Shown here piece after piece: positions 9,700 through 19,942 of a stretch of DNA of 64,000 nucleotides. Below the pieces are notes generated by a model. The model was not told the DNA's origin. It did no database searches and saw only the letters and a program-made list of their open reading frames with translations. The DNA is taken from contig CAYNLG010000009.1 in assembly GCA_964397995.1 (NCBI GenBank), positions 1,089 to 65,088 of the forward strand, written 5' to 3'. Numbering within the stretch: the first letter of the stretch is position 1; the number at the start of each line of letters is the position of its first letter. Made by a program: the position numbers and the translations under genes. This DNA is from an uncultured Anaerolineales bacterium (GTDB lineage: Bacteria > Planctomycetota > Phycisphaerae > FEN-1346).

Positions 9700-12210
9700 A
9701 TGCGAACGGCGTGGGGCGTGCTGGGAGCCGTGGGTGCGGTGTGGGTGTGGGCCTTGGCGGCCGCCGCGTCGTCGGCCGCGGAGCCGCCGCCCGCCTCGGC
9801 CGAGCCGGCGCCGCCTGAGACGGCCGAGACCGAGGCGGAAGCGCCGCCCGCCATGCCTTTGCCGCCCGACAGCCTCTACGTCACCGCGGAGGGCGGGCGC
9901 CTGGTGCTGAGCGGCCGGCCGCAGCGGTTCTGGGCCGCCATCGGCAAACTCTACGTCGAGAGCCGCGTCGAGCCCGGCGACCCCCCGGCCGTCCGCCTGG
10001 AGAAGGCCCGGGCCGGATGGCGGGCCACGGGTCAGCTTCTCGACCGCTTCCGGCGGCTCGGCTTCAACGCGTTCCGCTTCTGGAAGGGCGTGCCCGACGG
10101 CGACCCCCGGGCAACGCCGCCCTACGTGCCGACGTACACGCCGGGCGACGGGTCGCGGGCCGACGACATCGACGCCTTCGTCGCGGCCGCCAAGACCCGC
10201 GGGATGCGCATCTGGTTGGCGGCGCTCAACGGCGGCGAGGCGCGGCCGGAAGACGTGGGCATCCTCAACGATCCCGCGACGGCGGAGGCCTGGGCGGCCG
10301 CCGTCCGCGAGCAGTGCCGCGCGAAGGACGGCCAAGTCGTCGCCGGCTGGAAACTGAACCGGAACCCGGCGCGGGCGTGGGATGCGCGGCTCGAGGCCCT
10401 CGCCATCCGCCACATGCAACGCGTCGCCACGCACGTCAACCCGCACACGGGCCTCCGCTGGTGCGACGACCCCGTCTTCGCCGTCTGGGAACTCTCGAAC
10501 GAGGAGTGGTGGGTCAGCCGCATGGTGCGCGGCCAGTGGCAGACGCTGCCGGCCTTCTTCCGCGGCACGCTCGCGGCCAAGTGGAACGCGTGGTTGCGCG
10601 AGCAGTACCGCGACGACGCGGGGCTCGGGAAGGCCTGGGGCGAGCTCCTGCCCGGCGAGAGCCTGGACCGCGGGACGGTCCTCTTTGCCCCGATGCGGGG
10701 GGAGACCCGGGCGGCCGCCGGTCTCAACGACGCCAACCCGCACGCGAAGGCGGCCCTGGAGGCCCTGCCGGTGACGGTCACGCGGGCCGACGTCGCCCCG
10801 GCCCGGGCTTCGGACGTCCTGCGGTTCCTGGTGCGGCTCCAGATTGCCCACAAACAGCGCGAGGCGGCCGCCATCAAGCCCCTCGGCAAGAGCACGCGGT
10901 TGTCGCCGATGGTCTACGATACGGGCATCGGCTACGAGGTCCAGAGCCAGTACCTGCACCAGCACGCCGACGCGGTGGCCCACGACGCCTACGTCAACGG
11001 CTGGGGTCCGCCCCTGGAGGAGGCGCTCGCTGAGATCGACGCGCCGAACGAGCAGCAGCGGCTGGTGGCCGTCCTGCACGCCGAGCGGATGGCGCGGAAC
11101 GCCGGGCCGTGGGTCAACTGGCTCCTGAAACCGCCCGGCATCCACCAGGGCGTCCCGTGGTTGGAGCACAACCGGCACCCCGACAAGCCCTTCCTCTGCT
11201 ATGAGACGCAGATCCAGCAGCCCGCGAAGTACCGGGCGGATTTCCCGCTGCGGCTGGCGGCCCTGGCCAGTCTCCAGGACTGGGGCTGGGTCTCGTGGCA
11301 CTACTTCCAGGCGCCCCAGGACCTGGCCGAGGAGGCGCGGCCGTTCACGCGGCCGATGGACGTGACGACGGGCGGCCACCCGCAGGGGTACCACTACACC
11401 TTCGACGAGGTGCAGGCGGCGACGATGCGTGCGGCCGGACTGCTGTTTCGGCACTTCGCGGTCGACCCGGCACCGGAGCCGACGACGTTCGTCTACGGCC
11501 GCCACAGCCTCTACGACCCCGCGAGCATGAACTACGCCGGAAGCTACGGCATGACCGGCCTGGACATGGTCCACACGGTCTACCAGCACGGGGTGCGGCT
11601 CGTGATCGACCCCGGTCGCGAGGACGACGAGGCGCGCGGCCCGGTGGTGGCCGTCGGCGACCGCCACACGCACAACCCCTACACGCCGACTGACCAGGTG
11701 ACGTTCGACTGGAAGCGGGGCTGGATGAAGCTGGACGCGCCGGCGGCGATGGCGTGGGCGGGCCTCTTCGGCCGGACCGATGGCGAGGTCGCGTTCGAGC
11801 GCGGCGCCCGGTTCGGTAACGTCCGCATCGAGAATCCGCCCGGCATCTTCGACCCGGTCTCCAGCGAGGAAGGCTACCTGGCCTTCGCCCTCGTCAGCCG
11901 CGACGGCAAGCCTCTGGCCGCGTGCCGGCGCGCGGTGATGGCCCTCGTCTCGACGAGCTTCAACGCCGGGTACGCGTTCGGCCCGAAGGGCGGCACCGGG
12001 GGCGGCAAGAAGGGCGGGCTGCCCGTGCTGGAGGCGGCCGTCGGGGCGACGGTTCACTGCCCGGCTCTCGATGGCTTCCGGTACACGCTGATCGACTGGG
12101 AACTCGAGCAGATCGGCACCGGCATCGTCGAGAACGGCCGCCTGGAGGTCCCGCCCGACCCGCGGATCTTCACGATCGAGCTCAGCCGCTTCGGCCTCGT
12201 GCCAAGATGA
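9700..12210 (+). CDS. secreted glycoside-hydrolase-like protein (clan GH-A TIM-barrel-like; WELSNEEWW motif)
   Basis: Signal peptide followed by an Ala/Pro/Glu linker. AVWELSNEEWW resembles the GH-A acid/base NE(P) motif. The 1009-aa minus-strand ORF 9277..12306 is a low-complexity shadow of this gene. Confidence 0.5.
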   Translation: MRTAWGVLGAVGAVWVWALAAAASSAAEPPPASAEPAPPETAETEAEAPPAMPLPPDSLYVTAEGGRLVLSGRPQRFWAAIGKLYVESRVEPGDPPAVRLEKARAGWRATGQLLDRFRRLGFNAFRFWKGVPDGDPRATPPYVPTYTPGDGSRADDIDAFVAAAKTRGMRIWLAALNGGEARPEDVGILNDPATAEAWAAAVREQCRAKDGQVVAGWKLNRNPARAWDARLEALAIRHMQRVATHVNPHTGLRWCDDPVFAVWELSNEEWWVSRMVRGQWQTLPAFFRGTLAAKWNAWLREQYRDDAGLGKAWGELLPGESLDRGTVLFAPMRGETRAAAGLNDANPHAKAALEALPVTVTRADVAPARASDVLRFLVRLQIAHKQREAAAIKPLGKSTRLSPMVYDTGIGYEVQSQYLHQHADAVAHDAYVNGWGPPLEEALAEIDAPNEQQRLVAVLHAERMARNAGPWVNWLLKPPGIHQGVPWLEHNRHPDKPFLCYETQIQQPAKYRADFPLRLAALASLQDWGWVSWHYFQAPQDLAEEARPFTRPMDVTTGGHPQGYHYTFDEVQAATMRAAGLLFRHFAVDPAPEPTTFVYGRHSLYDPASMNYAGSYGMTGLDMVHTVYQHGVRLVIDPGREDDEARGPVVAVGDRHTHNPYTPTDQVTFDWKRGWMKLDAPAAMAWAGLFGRTDGEVAFERGARFGNVRIENPPGIFDPVSSEEGYLAFALVSRDGKPLAACRRAVMALVSTSFNAGYAFGPKGGTGGGKKGGLPVLEAAVGATVHCPALDGFRYTLIDWELEQIGTGIVENGRLEVPPDPRIFTIELSRFGLVPR

Positions 12211-12272
12211 GTGCCCCTTCCCCCGGCCGGGCGGGCGCCGTATGATGGCTCCGGACCGGTACGGGGCGGCGG

Positions 12273-13448
12273 ATGCGGCGACTGCGGGCGACGGCACAGG
12301 CGGCAAACCTGGCGGCCATCGGTCTGCTCGTTGCTCTCTCGATCGTCGGGGCCTTCCTCGGGGCCGAGCGGGCCCAGCCGCTCGTCACGTCGGCGCCCCT
12401 GACGGTCTACTGGTTTGCGCTCCTTGCGCTTCTGGTCGTCTGCTTCCCGGCCGACCTGGCGCTGGTGCGTAGCCCGGGCCTGGCCGCGATCCACCTCGGG
12501 GCCATCCTCGTCCTGGCCGGCTCGATGTGGGCCTCTGAACCCGGCCACCGCCTGGCCGACCGCCTCCTCGGCCGCGACAAGGTCCTCCACGGCTACCTCG
12601 TGGTGGCCGAGGGGACGCGCAATGACACGCTCGTGGCCTTGCCGTCGCAGGAGACGCTCGGGACGCTCCCGTTCTCGGTCGGTCTGAGAGACTTCCGGCT
12701 GGAGACCTACCCCACGGAGCGGCCGTGGATGCTCGGCGTCGAGGTCCCGCCGCACCCCGGCCAGCCGGCCGACCGGATGCTCGTCCGGACCGTGCCCTGG
12801 GAGGAGGGGGCGCGGGTGGAGGTCCCCGGCACGTCGCTCCGTGTTCTCGTCCACGCGTATCTGCCGGCGGCCCGGGCCGAGACGGACGACGCGGGGGACG
12901 TCGTCGGTGCGGCCGCCGATCCCGGTTCCGGCGTCCCGGCGATGGACGTCGAGGTCCGCCGCGGCGACGCCAGCCTGCGCGGCTGGATTGTGCCGCGCCC
13001 GGGCGAGCGGTACGCCGGCCTCAGCCTCCGCGACCTCCTGGGCATCCCCGAGGCGATGCCCGAGCACGCCGTCCCGCATCTCTACCTGATCCGCCCCGAG
13101 GGCATGCCCAAGGACTACTTCAGCGACCTGGTCATCATCGAGGACGGCGAGATCGTCCGCAAGGCGACCGTCGAGGTCAACCACCCGCTCCACCACCGGG
13201 GCTATCACCTCTACCAAGCCGACTACGACCACGAGGGCGAGGCATACACCGTGCTGAGCGTCCGGTCCGACTCGGGCCTCTGGGTCGTCTGGGTGGGGTT
13301 CGTTCTGCTGGTGGCCGGCACGTTCGTCCGGTGCTGGGGCGAGCGCGCGCTGCTGGCTTGGGCGGCGGGCGACCGGGCCTGCGAGGCGGCCGCATACCCG
13401 GAACCTGAGGCGGCACGGCCGGAGGCGGAGGAGGGCGCGGAGCCATGA
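12273..13448 (+). CDS. ccsB: cytochrome c biogenesis protein CcsB/ResB (system II)
   Basis: N-terminal TM segments and C-terminal ...EVNHPLHHRGYHLYQADYDHEG... with a final TM helix match the ResB family. It is adjacent to ccsA. Confidence 0.8.
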   Translation: MRRLRATAQAANLAAIGLLVALSIVGAFLGAERAQPLVTSAPLTVYWFALLALLVVCFPADLALVRSPGLAAIHLGAILVLAGSMWASEPGHRLADRLLGRDKVLHGYLVVAEGTRNDTLVALPSQETLGTLPFSVGLRDFRLETYPTERPWMLGVEVPPHPGQPADRMLVRTVPWEEGARVEVPGTSLRVLVHAYLPAARAETDDAGDVVGAAADPGSGVPAMDVEVRRGDASLRGWIVPRPGERYAGLSLRDLLGIPEAMPEHAVPHLYLIRPEGMPKDYFSDLVIIEDGEIVRKATVEVNHPLHHRGYHLYQADYDHEGEAYTVLSVRSDSGLWVVWVGFVLLVAGTFVRCWGERALLAWAAGDRACEAAAYPEPEAARPEAEEGAEP

Positions 13449-14233
13449 CGCCGGCTCTAGCTATCACGATCTACGCGGCCATGGGCGCGTACCTCGTGGC
13501 GGCCGGGGCGTTCGCCCTGGGCCGGCGGGGGGCTGGCTGGGGCCTGATGGCGGCCGCCGTCGCCGCCGGCGCCGGCGCGCTCGTCATCCGGGGCACGCAC
13601 ACCGGCCACGTGCCGCTTCAGAACCTGTTCGAGGTCTTTATCGTGATGGGGACGCTCGTCGGCGTCGTCTCGTTCGGGTGCCGGCGCGCTCTGAAGGTGG
13701 GCGGCCAGACCTGGGACGCGCTGCTGGGCGTGGTGCTGCTGGTGCCGGCGGCGTTCGTGATGGACCCCTCGCCGCAGCGCCTGCCGCCGGCGCTCCAGAG
13801 CTGGCTCTTTGTGCCGCACGTCGGCGTCTATCTTCTGAGCTACGTGGTGCTCTTCCGGGCGACGGTGCAAGCCCTCGGGCGGCTCCTCCTGGGGGAGGGC
13901 GGCGGCAGCGGCCCCGAGGCCCCGGTGGGGTACGCCGAAGGCACCCGCCGCATGCTCCTCCTGGGCTTCCCGCTGCTGACCCTCGGCCTCGTCCTCGGGG
14001 CGGTGTGGGGCAAGCTCGCCTGGGACGACTACTGGAACTGGGACCCGAAGGAGCTCTGGTCGCTGGCCTCGTGGCTGGTGTTCCTGGCGGCCCTGCACCT
14101 GCGGGGCATGGTCGGGCGGCGGCATCCCAAGGCCGTGGCCGCCCTGGTCGTCGCCGGCGCCGTCTGCATCCTCCTCACGCTTCTCTGGGCGAACCTCTCC
14201 AGCCTCTTCAAGGGGCTGCACTCCTACGCCTGA
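13445..14233 (+). CDS. ccsA: cytochrome c-type biogenesis protein CcsA/ResC (heme exporter with WWD domain)
   Basis: Polytopic protein with the Trp-rich motif WGKLAWDDYWNWDPKELWS. ATGA overlap with ccsB. Confidence 0.85.
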   Translation: MTPALAITIYAAMGAYLVAAGAFALGRRGAGWGLMAAAVAAGAGALVIRGTHTGHVPLQNLFEVFIVMGTLVGVVSFGCRRALKVGGQTWDALLGVVLLVPAAFVMDPSPQRLPPALQSWLFVPHVGVYLLSYVVLFRATVQALGRLLLGEGGGSGPEAPVGYAEGTRRMLLLGFPLLTLGLVLGAVWGKLAWDDYWNWDPKELWSLASWLVFLAALHLRGMVGRRHPKAVAALVVAGAVCILLTLLWANLSSLFKGLHSYA

Positions 14234-14334
14234 GTGCCCGGCGGAATCCCCTCCGCGGCGCGAATTCCCTTGCGGCCGGTGCGCGGACAAGGTATGGCGC
14301 CTGGCGCGCTTGCCCAGACACGAAAGGACGCACA

Positions 14335-15345
14335 ATGGCGGAGCAGATACGGATCGGCCTTGCGGGGTGCGGCGGCATCATGCACCGGCACGTCAGCGAC
14401 ATCGAGGGGCAGCCGGGGGCCGAGGTCGTCGCCCTCATGGACACCGAACCGGCCAACATCGCGAAGCACAAAGCGCGGCACCCGTTCCTTGCCGACGTCG
14501 CCGAGTACGGCGACTACGACCGGATGCTCGCCGAGGCCGACCTCACGGGCGTCATCCTTGCCAGCCCCCACACGGTCCACTACGAGCAGATCATGAAGGC
14601 CCTCGACGCGGGCGTCCACGTCCTTTGCGAGAAGCCCATGGTCTGCCGCATCGACCACGCCGGCGACGTCCTCAAGAGAGTCCGCGAGACCGGCCTCGTT
14701 CTGGCCCTGGCCTATCAGCGGCATTACGGCGGCACGTACCGGTACATCCGCGACCGCATCGCCGCCGGCGTTATCGGCCAGGTCCAGACCGTCATGTGTG
14801 TCCAGTACCAGGGCTGGAAGGAGGCCACCAAGGACACGTGGCGCCAGGTGCCCGAACTCTCGGGGGGCGGCCAGCTCAACGATTCCGGCAGCCACCTCGT
14901 CGACATCATGCTCTGGATGACGGGCCTGGCGGCCGAGACCGTTTCGGCCCAGATCGACGACTGCGGCACGCCCGTTGACATCAACTCCGCCGTCAGCGTC
15001 CGCTTCACCAACGGTGCCATCGGCACGTTGACCGTTGTCGGCGACTACCCCGGCCCGGGCATGTGGGAGGACATCAGCATCATGGGCACCAAGGGCGGGT
15101 TCCACATCCGCAAAGGCCAGCCCCTGGTGGAGATGGCCGGCCGCGACGCACCGGTCTATACCGTGGATGCCGAGCGCCTGGGCGGTGGGTCGATGTGCCT
15201 GAACTTCCTCGCGAGCATCCGCGGCGACGAGACCCCCGCCGCCCCGCCGGAGTGCGGCCTGCGCGTCATCGAACTCACCGAAGCCGCTTGGGAGAGCGGA
15301 CGCCAGGGCGGCGTCCCCGTCCGCGTGCCCCGCACGGACCTCTAG
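14335..15345 (+). CDS. Gfo/Idh/MocA family oxidoreductase
   Basis: MAEQIRIGLAGCGGIMHRH Rossmann N-terminus and the EKPM motif (VLCEKPMV). The listed ORF 13678..15345 over-extends 5-prime into ccsA. Confidence 0.85.
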   Translation: MAEQIRIGLAGCGGIMHRHVSDIEGQPGAEVVALMDTEPANIAKHKARHPFLADVAEYGDYDRMLAEADLTGVILASPHTVHYEQIMKALDAGVHVLCEKPMVCRIDHAGDVLKRVRETGLVLALAYQRHYGGTYRYIRDRIAAGVIGQVQTVMCVQYQGWKEATKDTWRQVPELSGGGQLNDSGSHLVDIMLWMTGLAAETVSAQIDDCGTPVDINSAVSVRFTNGAIGTLTVVGDYPGPGMWEDISIMGTKGGFHIRKGQPLVEMAGRDAPVYTVDAERLGGGSMCLNFLASIRGDETPAAPPECGLRVIELTEAAWESGRQGGVPVRVPRTDL

Positions 15346-15377
15346 CGCCGGACCTCGGGGAACGGCGCGGCCGCCCG

Positions 15378-16002
15378 CTAGTCGACCAGCGGCACGAACC
15401 GGCAGGGGCAGAACTCGCGACGGCGGTCCGCGCCGTCCGACCGCTCGATGCGGACGAGAATCTGGCCCCACCCGCTCCCGACCGGCGTCACCAGCACGCC
15501 CGGGTCGCCGAGCTGCGCGAGCCACGGTTCCGGAACCTCCGGGGCGGCGGCCGCGCAGAGGACGCGGTCGAACGGGGCTTCCTCCGGCCACCCCAGCCGC
15601 CCGTTGCCCACGCGGTAGTGAACGTTCGCGTACCCGAGCGACGTGATAACCTGTCGCGCCGCTTCCTGTAGATGCGCGTGCACCTCGATGGTGTAGACCT
15701 CCGCGGCCATCTCCGCGAGGATGGCCGTCTGGTACCCCGAGCCGGTGCCGATCTCCAGGACGCGCTCGTCGCCCGCGAGCGACAGGGCCTGAGTCATGAT
15801 CGCGACCATGTAGGGCTGGCTGATGGTCTGGCCGGAGCCGATGGGCAGGGGGCGGTCGCCGTAGGCATCGCCGTGCTGCCGGGCCGGAACGAAGGCCGCC
15901 CGGTCGACGGTGCGGAAGGCCTCCAGTACCCGCTCATCGTGGATGTCGCGGGCTTCGAGTTGGGTGCGGACCATGCGGTCGAGGTCGGCCTGGCTCATAG
16001 GC
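15378..16002 (-). CDS. pcm: protein-L-isoaspartate O-methyltransferase
   Basis: GQTISQPYMVAIM, VLEIGTGSGYQTAILA, and 208 aa. The long upstream extension of the listed ORF is spurious. Confidence 0.9.
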
Positions 16003-16048
16003 CCGAGTCTACCGCACCGCCGCCGCCGTGGTAAAGGCCGCGGCCAAA

Positions 16049-17854
16049 TCAGTCGGCGATCTGCTGGACGAGTTCCCAGTCGGGCTTCACGGGTTCGCGG
16101 ACGTCGACGTTCACTCGGCCGCCCGGGCCGCGCGACAGGACCAGATACCTTTGCCACCCGGGGTCGCGCCGGGGCAGGGGCTCGATGGCGTCGGGCGTCT
16201 CGAAGTAGAGATGCGGGCCGCGGCTCTCGTCGCGGGCGCCGCACGCGGTAAGGACGAGCCGGGCCGCGGCCGCCATGTTGCGGGCCTCGGCCAGGGCGAC
16301 CGGGTCGTCGCCCGTCCACGGCCGCGCCACCAGCGCGTCGAGCTCGCCCTTCGCGGTGCGAACGCCCTCGGCGGTCCGCTTCACGCTGGCGTACATCGAC
16401 ATCAGGTCCTGAATGCGGCCGCGGGCCTCCTCGACGGGGAGAGGCTCGCCCTCGGGGGCCGGCTCCTCGCCGGCCGGCTCGACCGGATCGCCGGGGGCGG
16501 AAGCGCTGGCGAGGGCGGCGGCGGCTTCGCCCGCGACGCGGCCCATGACCTGGCTGTCCATCAAAGCGTTGCCGCCCGGCCGGTTCGCCCCGTGCTGGCC
16601 GCCCGCGCACTCGCCGCACGCGAAGAGGCCCGGGACGGTCGTGGCGGCCGCCTCGTTGACTTTGATGCCGCCCTGGAAGTGCTGGCACGCCGGGGCGAGT
16701 TCGATGCGGTCGCCCCTGTCCAGGACCACGTCGCGCTCCGACAGCCACTCGACGCTGGGCAGGTTGATGGCCTTGAGACGCGCGAGCGGCGACTCGGCCA
16801 GCGGCCCCGACGCGAGGTCCAGCGCCGCGATCTTCGGATACACGCCGATGACCTCGGGGTCGATGGCGGCCGGGTCGAACCGGTCCGGGTTCCGCGAGAA
16901 GTCCATGTACACCGTCCGGCCCCGCTGCATCTCGGAGAAGACGGCGATGTCGATGACGTGGCTCTCGTCGCGGTACGAGAGGGGCCACGAGGCGCCCTTC
17001 CTGAAGAGGATCGTGTAGACCGTCGCCGGGTCGGTCCCCGCGGGGAAGTAGTCGAAGAGGAACTCGCGGTCGTTGTCATCGACGAGGCGCGGCCAGGCGC
17101 GCATCAGGCTGCCGGAGCAGGCGAGCTTCGTCTTGACGCTCGAGAGGCCGATCTGGATGAACTCCAGGTTCACGAGTTCCGCCCCCGCGCGGTAGGCCAT
17201 CGCGAAGCCGTCGCCCGTCATCCCCTCCGGGAAGACGTTCACGCGGTAGGCCGACCCCGCGCCGCCAGTGGCCAGGATGACCGCCCCGGCCCGGACGGTC
17301 CGCCCGTCCGTCAGGCGCGCCCCGGCCACGCGCCCGGTGGTGTCCAGGAGCAGGTCCTCGGCCATGACATTCTCAAGGAGCGGGAGGTTCCGGCGGCGGA
17401 ACTCGGTCCGCAGCGCCTCGTGGATGTGGTTGGCCGTGTACGGCCCCGTGTAGCAGGCCCGGGCGTACCGCGACCCGTCCGTGACGAACTGGTCGGCCAC
17501 GCCCGCGTCGGTCTTGGCGAAGGGCGTGCCAAGGTCATCCAGGTAGTGGAACGCGTCGCAGGCCCCCCGGGCGAGCATCCGGGCAAGCGAGGCGTCGGAG
17601 ACGCGGCCGCCGATCCGGTAGATGTCCTCGGCATGGTACCGCCAGGCGTCGGGCCCGCCGGGCTCGGTGTGTTCGAGGGTGGCGTGGAAGGCCATCCGGT
17701 CGGAGCAGGAGAGGGCGGTGACGCCGGCCTTGCCGAGCTCGCCCTTGGTGACGACGAGGACGTCGATGCCGCGGTCGGCGGCCGCCAGGGCCGCGCGGAG
17801 ACCCGCGCCGCCGCTGCCGATGATGAGGACGTCGGTCGAGAGTGCGTCTGCCAT
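16049..17854 (-). CDS. FAD-dependent oxidoreductase, succinate dehydrogenase/fumarate reductase flavoprotein family (L-aspartate-oxidase-like)
   Basis: DVLIIGSGGAGLRAALAA dinucleotide-binding motif, FRD/SDH flavoprotein-like body, C-terminal GLFACGECAGGQHGANRPGGNAL. Confidence 0.75.
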   Translation of the reverse strand: MADALSTDVLIIGSGGAGLRAALAAADRGIDVLVVTKGELGKAGVTALSCSDRMAFHATLEHTEPGGPDAWRYHAEDIYRIGGRVSDASLARMLARGACDAFHYLDDLGTPFAKTDAGVADQFVTDGSRYARACYTGPYTANHIHEALRTEFRRRNLPLLENVMAEDLLLDTTGRVAGARLTDGRTVRAGAVILATGGAGSAYRVNVFPEGMTGDGFAMAYRAGAELVNLEFIQIGLSSVKTKLACSGSLMRAWPRLVDDNDREFLFDYFPAGTDPATVYTILFRKGASWPLSYRDESHVIDIAVFSEMQRGRTVYMDFSRNPDRFDPAAIDPEVIGVYPKIAALDLASGPLAESPLARLKAINLPSVEWLSERDVVLDRGDRIELAPACQHFQGGIKVNEAAATTVPGLFACGECAGGQHGANRPGGNALMDSQVMGRVAGEAAAALASASAPGDPVEPAGEEPAPEGEPLPVEEARGRIQDLMSMYASVKRTAEGVRTAKGELDALVARPWTGDDPVALAEARNMAAAARLVLTACGARDESRGPHLYFETPDAIEPLPRRDPGWQRYLVLSRGPGGRVNVDVREPVKPDWELVQQIAD

Positions 17855-17984
17855 CGCAAGCGTTCCTTTCAGGGGTCGTCGACGCGGCCGCGCGGCCTCA
17901 TCGAGGCCGGTGCGGCGCGAGGGGGTGATACCGGTTTCGGCGGCGCCTGTCAAGCCGGGCGGACCGGCCCGGCGTCGAGGCGGC

Positions 17985-18986
17985 CTACGCCTCGGCCTCG
18001 ATGTGCGTCCGGTTGCCGCCGTCCATCTGGGCCCGGTAGAGCGCCCGCTGGGCCCGCTCGACGAGGGCGGAGACGGTGTCGCCCTCGGCGGCCACGGCGC
18101 CGCCGACGCTGAGCGTCAGCGCCGGTTCGGCGTGGCCGAACGCGGCCTCCGCGACCGACGCGACCAGCCGCTTGCCGGCCGCCGCCAGCCCCGCCGCGTC
18201 CGCCTCCGGCATGCTGACCGCGAGTTGCCACTGGTGGTACCGGCCGACGGTGTCCACCGGCCGCAGGTGCGAGCTTACGACGTGCACCACGCGAGCGACC
18301 GCCAGGGACGCCTCGCGCTGGCCGTGCACCTGGCGGTAGCGGTCGAGGTGGTCGAGTTCCAGGACGAGAACGCCGAGGCTCCGCTCGTAGCGGCCCGCCC
18401 GGGTCATCTCCTCGCGGAGCCGCGAGGCGAAGAAGTCGAACGAGTAGACCCCCGTGTCGGGGTCCGTGAGGGTCGCGTGTCGCTGCTGCTGGCGGAGCGT
18501 GTGCCGGTCGTAGCACCCGGCGACAAGGTGCCCAAGGAGGCAGCACAGGGTGACGTGCTCGTCGGCAAGCGCGCCGGGGTCGGCGGCCTCGGCCACCAGG
18601 CACCCCAGGCCCACGCTCCCGCCGCGCACCGGCACCGCCAGGGCCGAGCCGGGCGGGTGCTCCAGCGTCAGGTCCGACGCCGCCTCCGCGTCCACCGCCG
18701 CGTCGGCCACGTGGACGGTCTCCCCGCCGCGCACCACGCGGCTGAGGGTGGCATTCGCGTCCAGGTCCGGGCGGTAATGGTACGCGAAGTGGTCGCTCAG
18801 GCCGCGGTGGGTGATGACGTGGAGCTTCAGGTTTCCGTCGGTCAGGAGGAGCAGGGCGGTCGAACGGCAGCCCGTCATCTCCCGGGCCGCATGCACCACC
18901 GCCGAGCAGCCTTCCTCCAGCGACCACGCGCCGCTGATGCGGCCGCAGGTTCGGCACAGGACGTCCAGCAGGCGGCTCTGGTCCAC
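17985..18986 (-). CDS. GAF domain protein with degenerate GGDEF domain (RYHQWQ in place of RYGGEEF)
   Basis: N-terminal GAF-like region. GGDEF-domain core YSFDFFASRLREEMTRAGRYERSLGVLVLELDHLDRYRQVHGQ...VGRYHQWQLAV, with GQ where the GD Mg-binding pair is expected. The start is probably the GTG at 18986. Confidence 0.65.
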   Translation of the reverse strand: MDQSRLLDVLCRTCGRISGAWSLEEGCSAVVHAAREMTGCRSTALLLLTDGNLKLHVITHRGLSDHFAYHYRPDLDANATLSRVVRGGETVHVADAAVDAEAASDLTLEHPPGSALAVPVRGGSVGLGCLVAEAADPGALADEHVTLCCLLGHLVAGCYDRHTLRQQQRHATLTDPDTGVYSFDFFASRLREEMTRAGRYERSLGVLVLELDHLDRYRQVHGQREASLAVARVVHVVSSHLRPVDTVGRYHQWQLAVSMPEADAAGLAAAGKRLVASVAEAAFGHAEPALTLSVGGAVAAEGDTVSALVERAQRALYRAQMDGGNRTHIEAEA

Positions 18987-19117
18987 GGCGGGTCCTCCTC
19001 GCGGTCGGCCGGTTCCCCGCAGGCAGGTATACCTTGAGGGGTCGGGCGGCGTCAACGCTGGGCCCTTGACCCGCCCCCGCGACCGGTCCCATAATCGTCG
19101 CCCGAAAGGAGCCCCCC

Positions 19118-19942
19118 GTGCCGCGCATCGTCACGCTTCTGACCGACTTCGGCATCGCGAGCACCTATCCCGCCCAGATGAAGGGCGTCATCCTCGGCAT
19201 GTGCCCGGAGGCCGCCGTCGTGGACATCTCGCACGAGGTGCCGCGCCACGACGTCCGCACGGCCGGCTTCATGCTGGCGTCGGCGGTCGGGGCGTTTCCC
19301 GAGGGCACCGTCCACGTGGCCGTCATCGACCCGCAGGTCGGGTCGCCGCGGCCGATTCTGGCGGCCCGGGTGGACGGGTCCACCTACGTGGCGCCCGACA
19401 ACGGCCTCCTGACGGTCATCCTGCACGGCCGCAAGCTGGGCGAGGACGGCGCCGGCGGTGCCCGGCTCGTCCGCGTCGAGAACCGCGACATCTTCCGCAC
19501 CGAGGTCTCCAGCACCTTCCACGGCCGCGACATCTTCGCGCCGGTCGGGGCGGCGCTGGCCCGCGGCATGCCGCTCGACGACCTCGGCCCGGCCGCGCCC
19601 GTTCACGAGACCGTGCCCATGCGCGAGCCCGTCCGCGAGGGCGACCAACTGGTCGGCGAGGTCCTCTACGTCGACCCGTTCGGCAACCTGATCACGAACC
19701 TGCACCGCGATGTGCTGGAGGGGCTCGACTTGGCGGCCGTCGAGGTCCACATCCACGGCGCGGTCATCCGCGGCCTCTGCTGCGCGTACTCCGACGTGAC
19801 GCCCGGGTCACTGCTGGCCTACATCGGCAGCGCGGGGTACCTGGAACTCGCGGTGAACCGGCAGAGTGCCGCCGTGCGGCTTGGGGCCGAGGCCGGGGCC
19901 GAGGTCCGCCTGACGATCCCCTCCGCCGGGCCGGACGCATGA
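19118..19942 (+). CDS. SAM hydroxide adenosyltransferase (DUF62 family)
   Basis: TDFGIASTYPAQMKGVILGMCPEAAVVDISHEV...APDNGLLT...STFHGRDIFAPV are the family hallmarks. GTG start with an AAAGGA Shine-Dalgarno. ATGA overlap with bioA. Confidence 0.8.
   Translation: MPRIVTLLTDFGIASTYPAQMKGVILGMCPEAAVVDISHEVPRHDVRTAGFMLASAVGAFPEGTVHVAVIDPQVGSPRPILAARVDGSTYVAPDNGLLTVILHGRKLGEDGAGGARLVRVENRDIFRTEVSSTFHGRDIFAPVGAALARGMPLDDLGPAAPVHETVPMREPVREGDQLVGEVLYVDPFGNLITNLHRDVLEGLDLAAVEVHIHGAVIRGLCCAYSDVTPGSLLAYIGSAGYLELAVNRQSAAVRLGAEAGAEVRLTIPSAGPDA

Noticed and set aside
9277-12306. 1009-aa minus-strand ORF
   Set aside because: Its translation is low-complexity and Arg/Pro/Gly-rich. It is the high-GC antisense shadow of the well-formed plus-strand secreted hydrolase gene 9700-12210.
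13678-15345. 555-aa ORF beginning inside ccsA
   Set aside because: It is a 5-prime over-extension. The Gfo/Idh/MocA Rossmann motif starts at the ATG at 14335, and upstream residues overlap ccsA in another frame.
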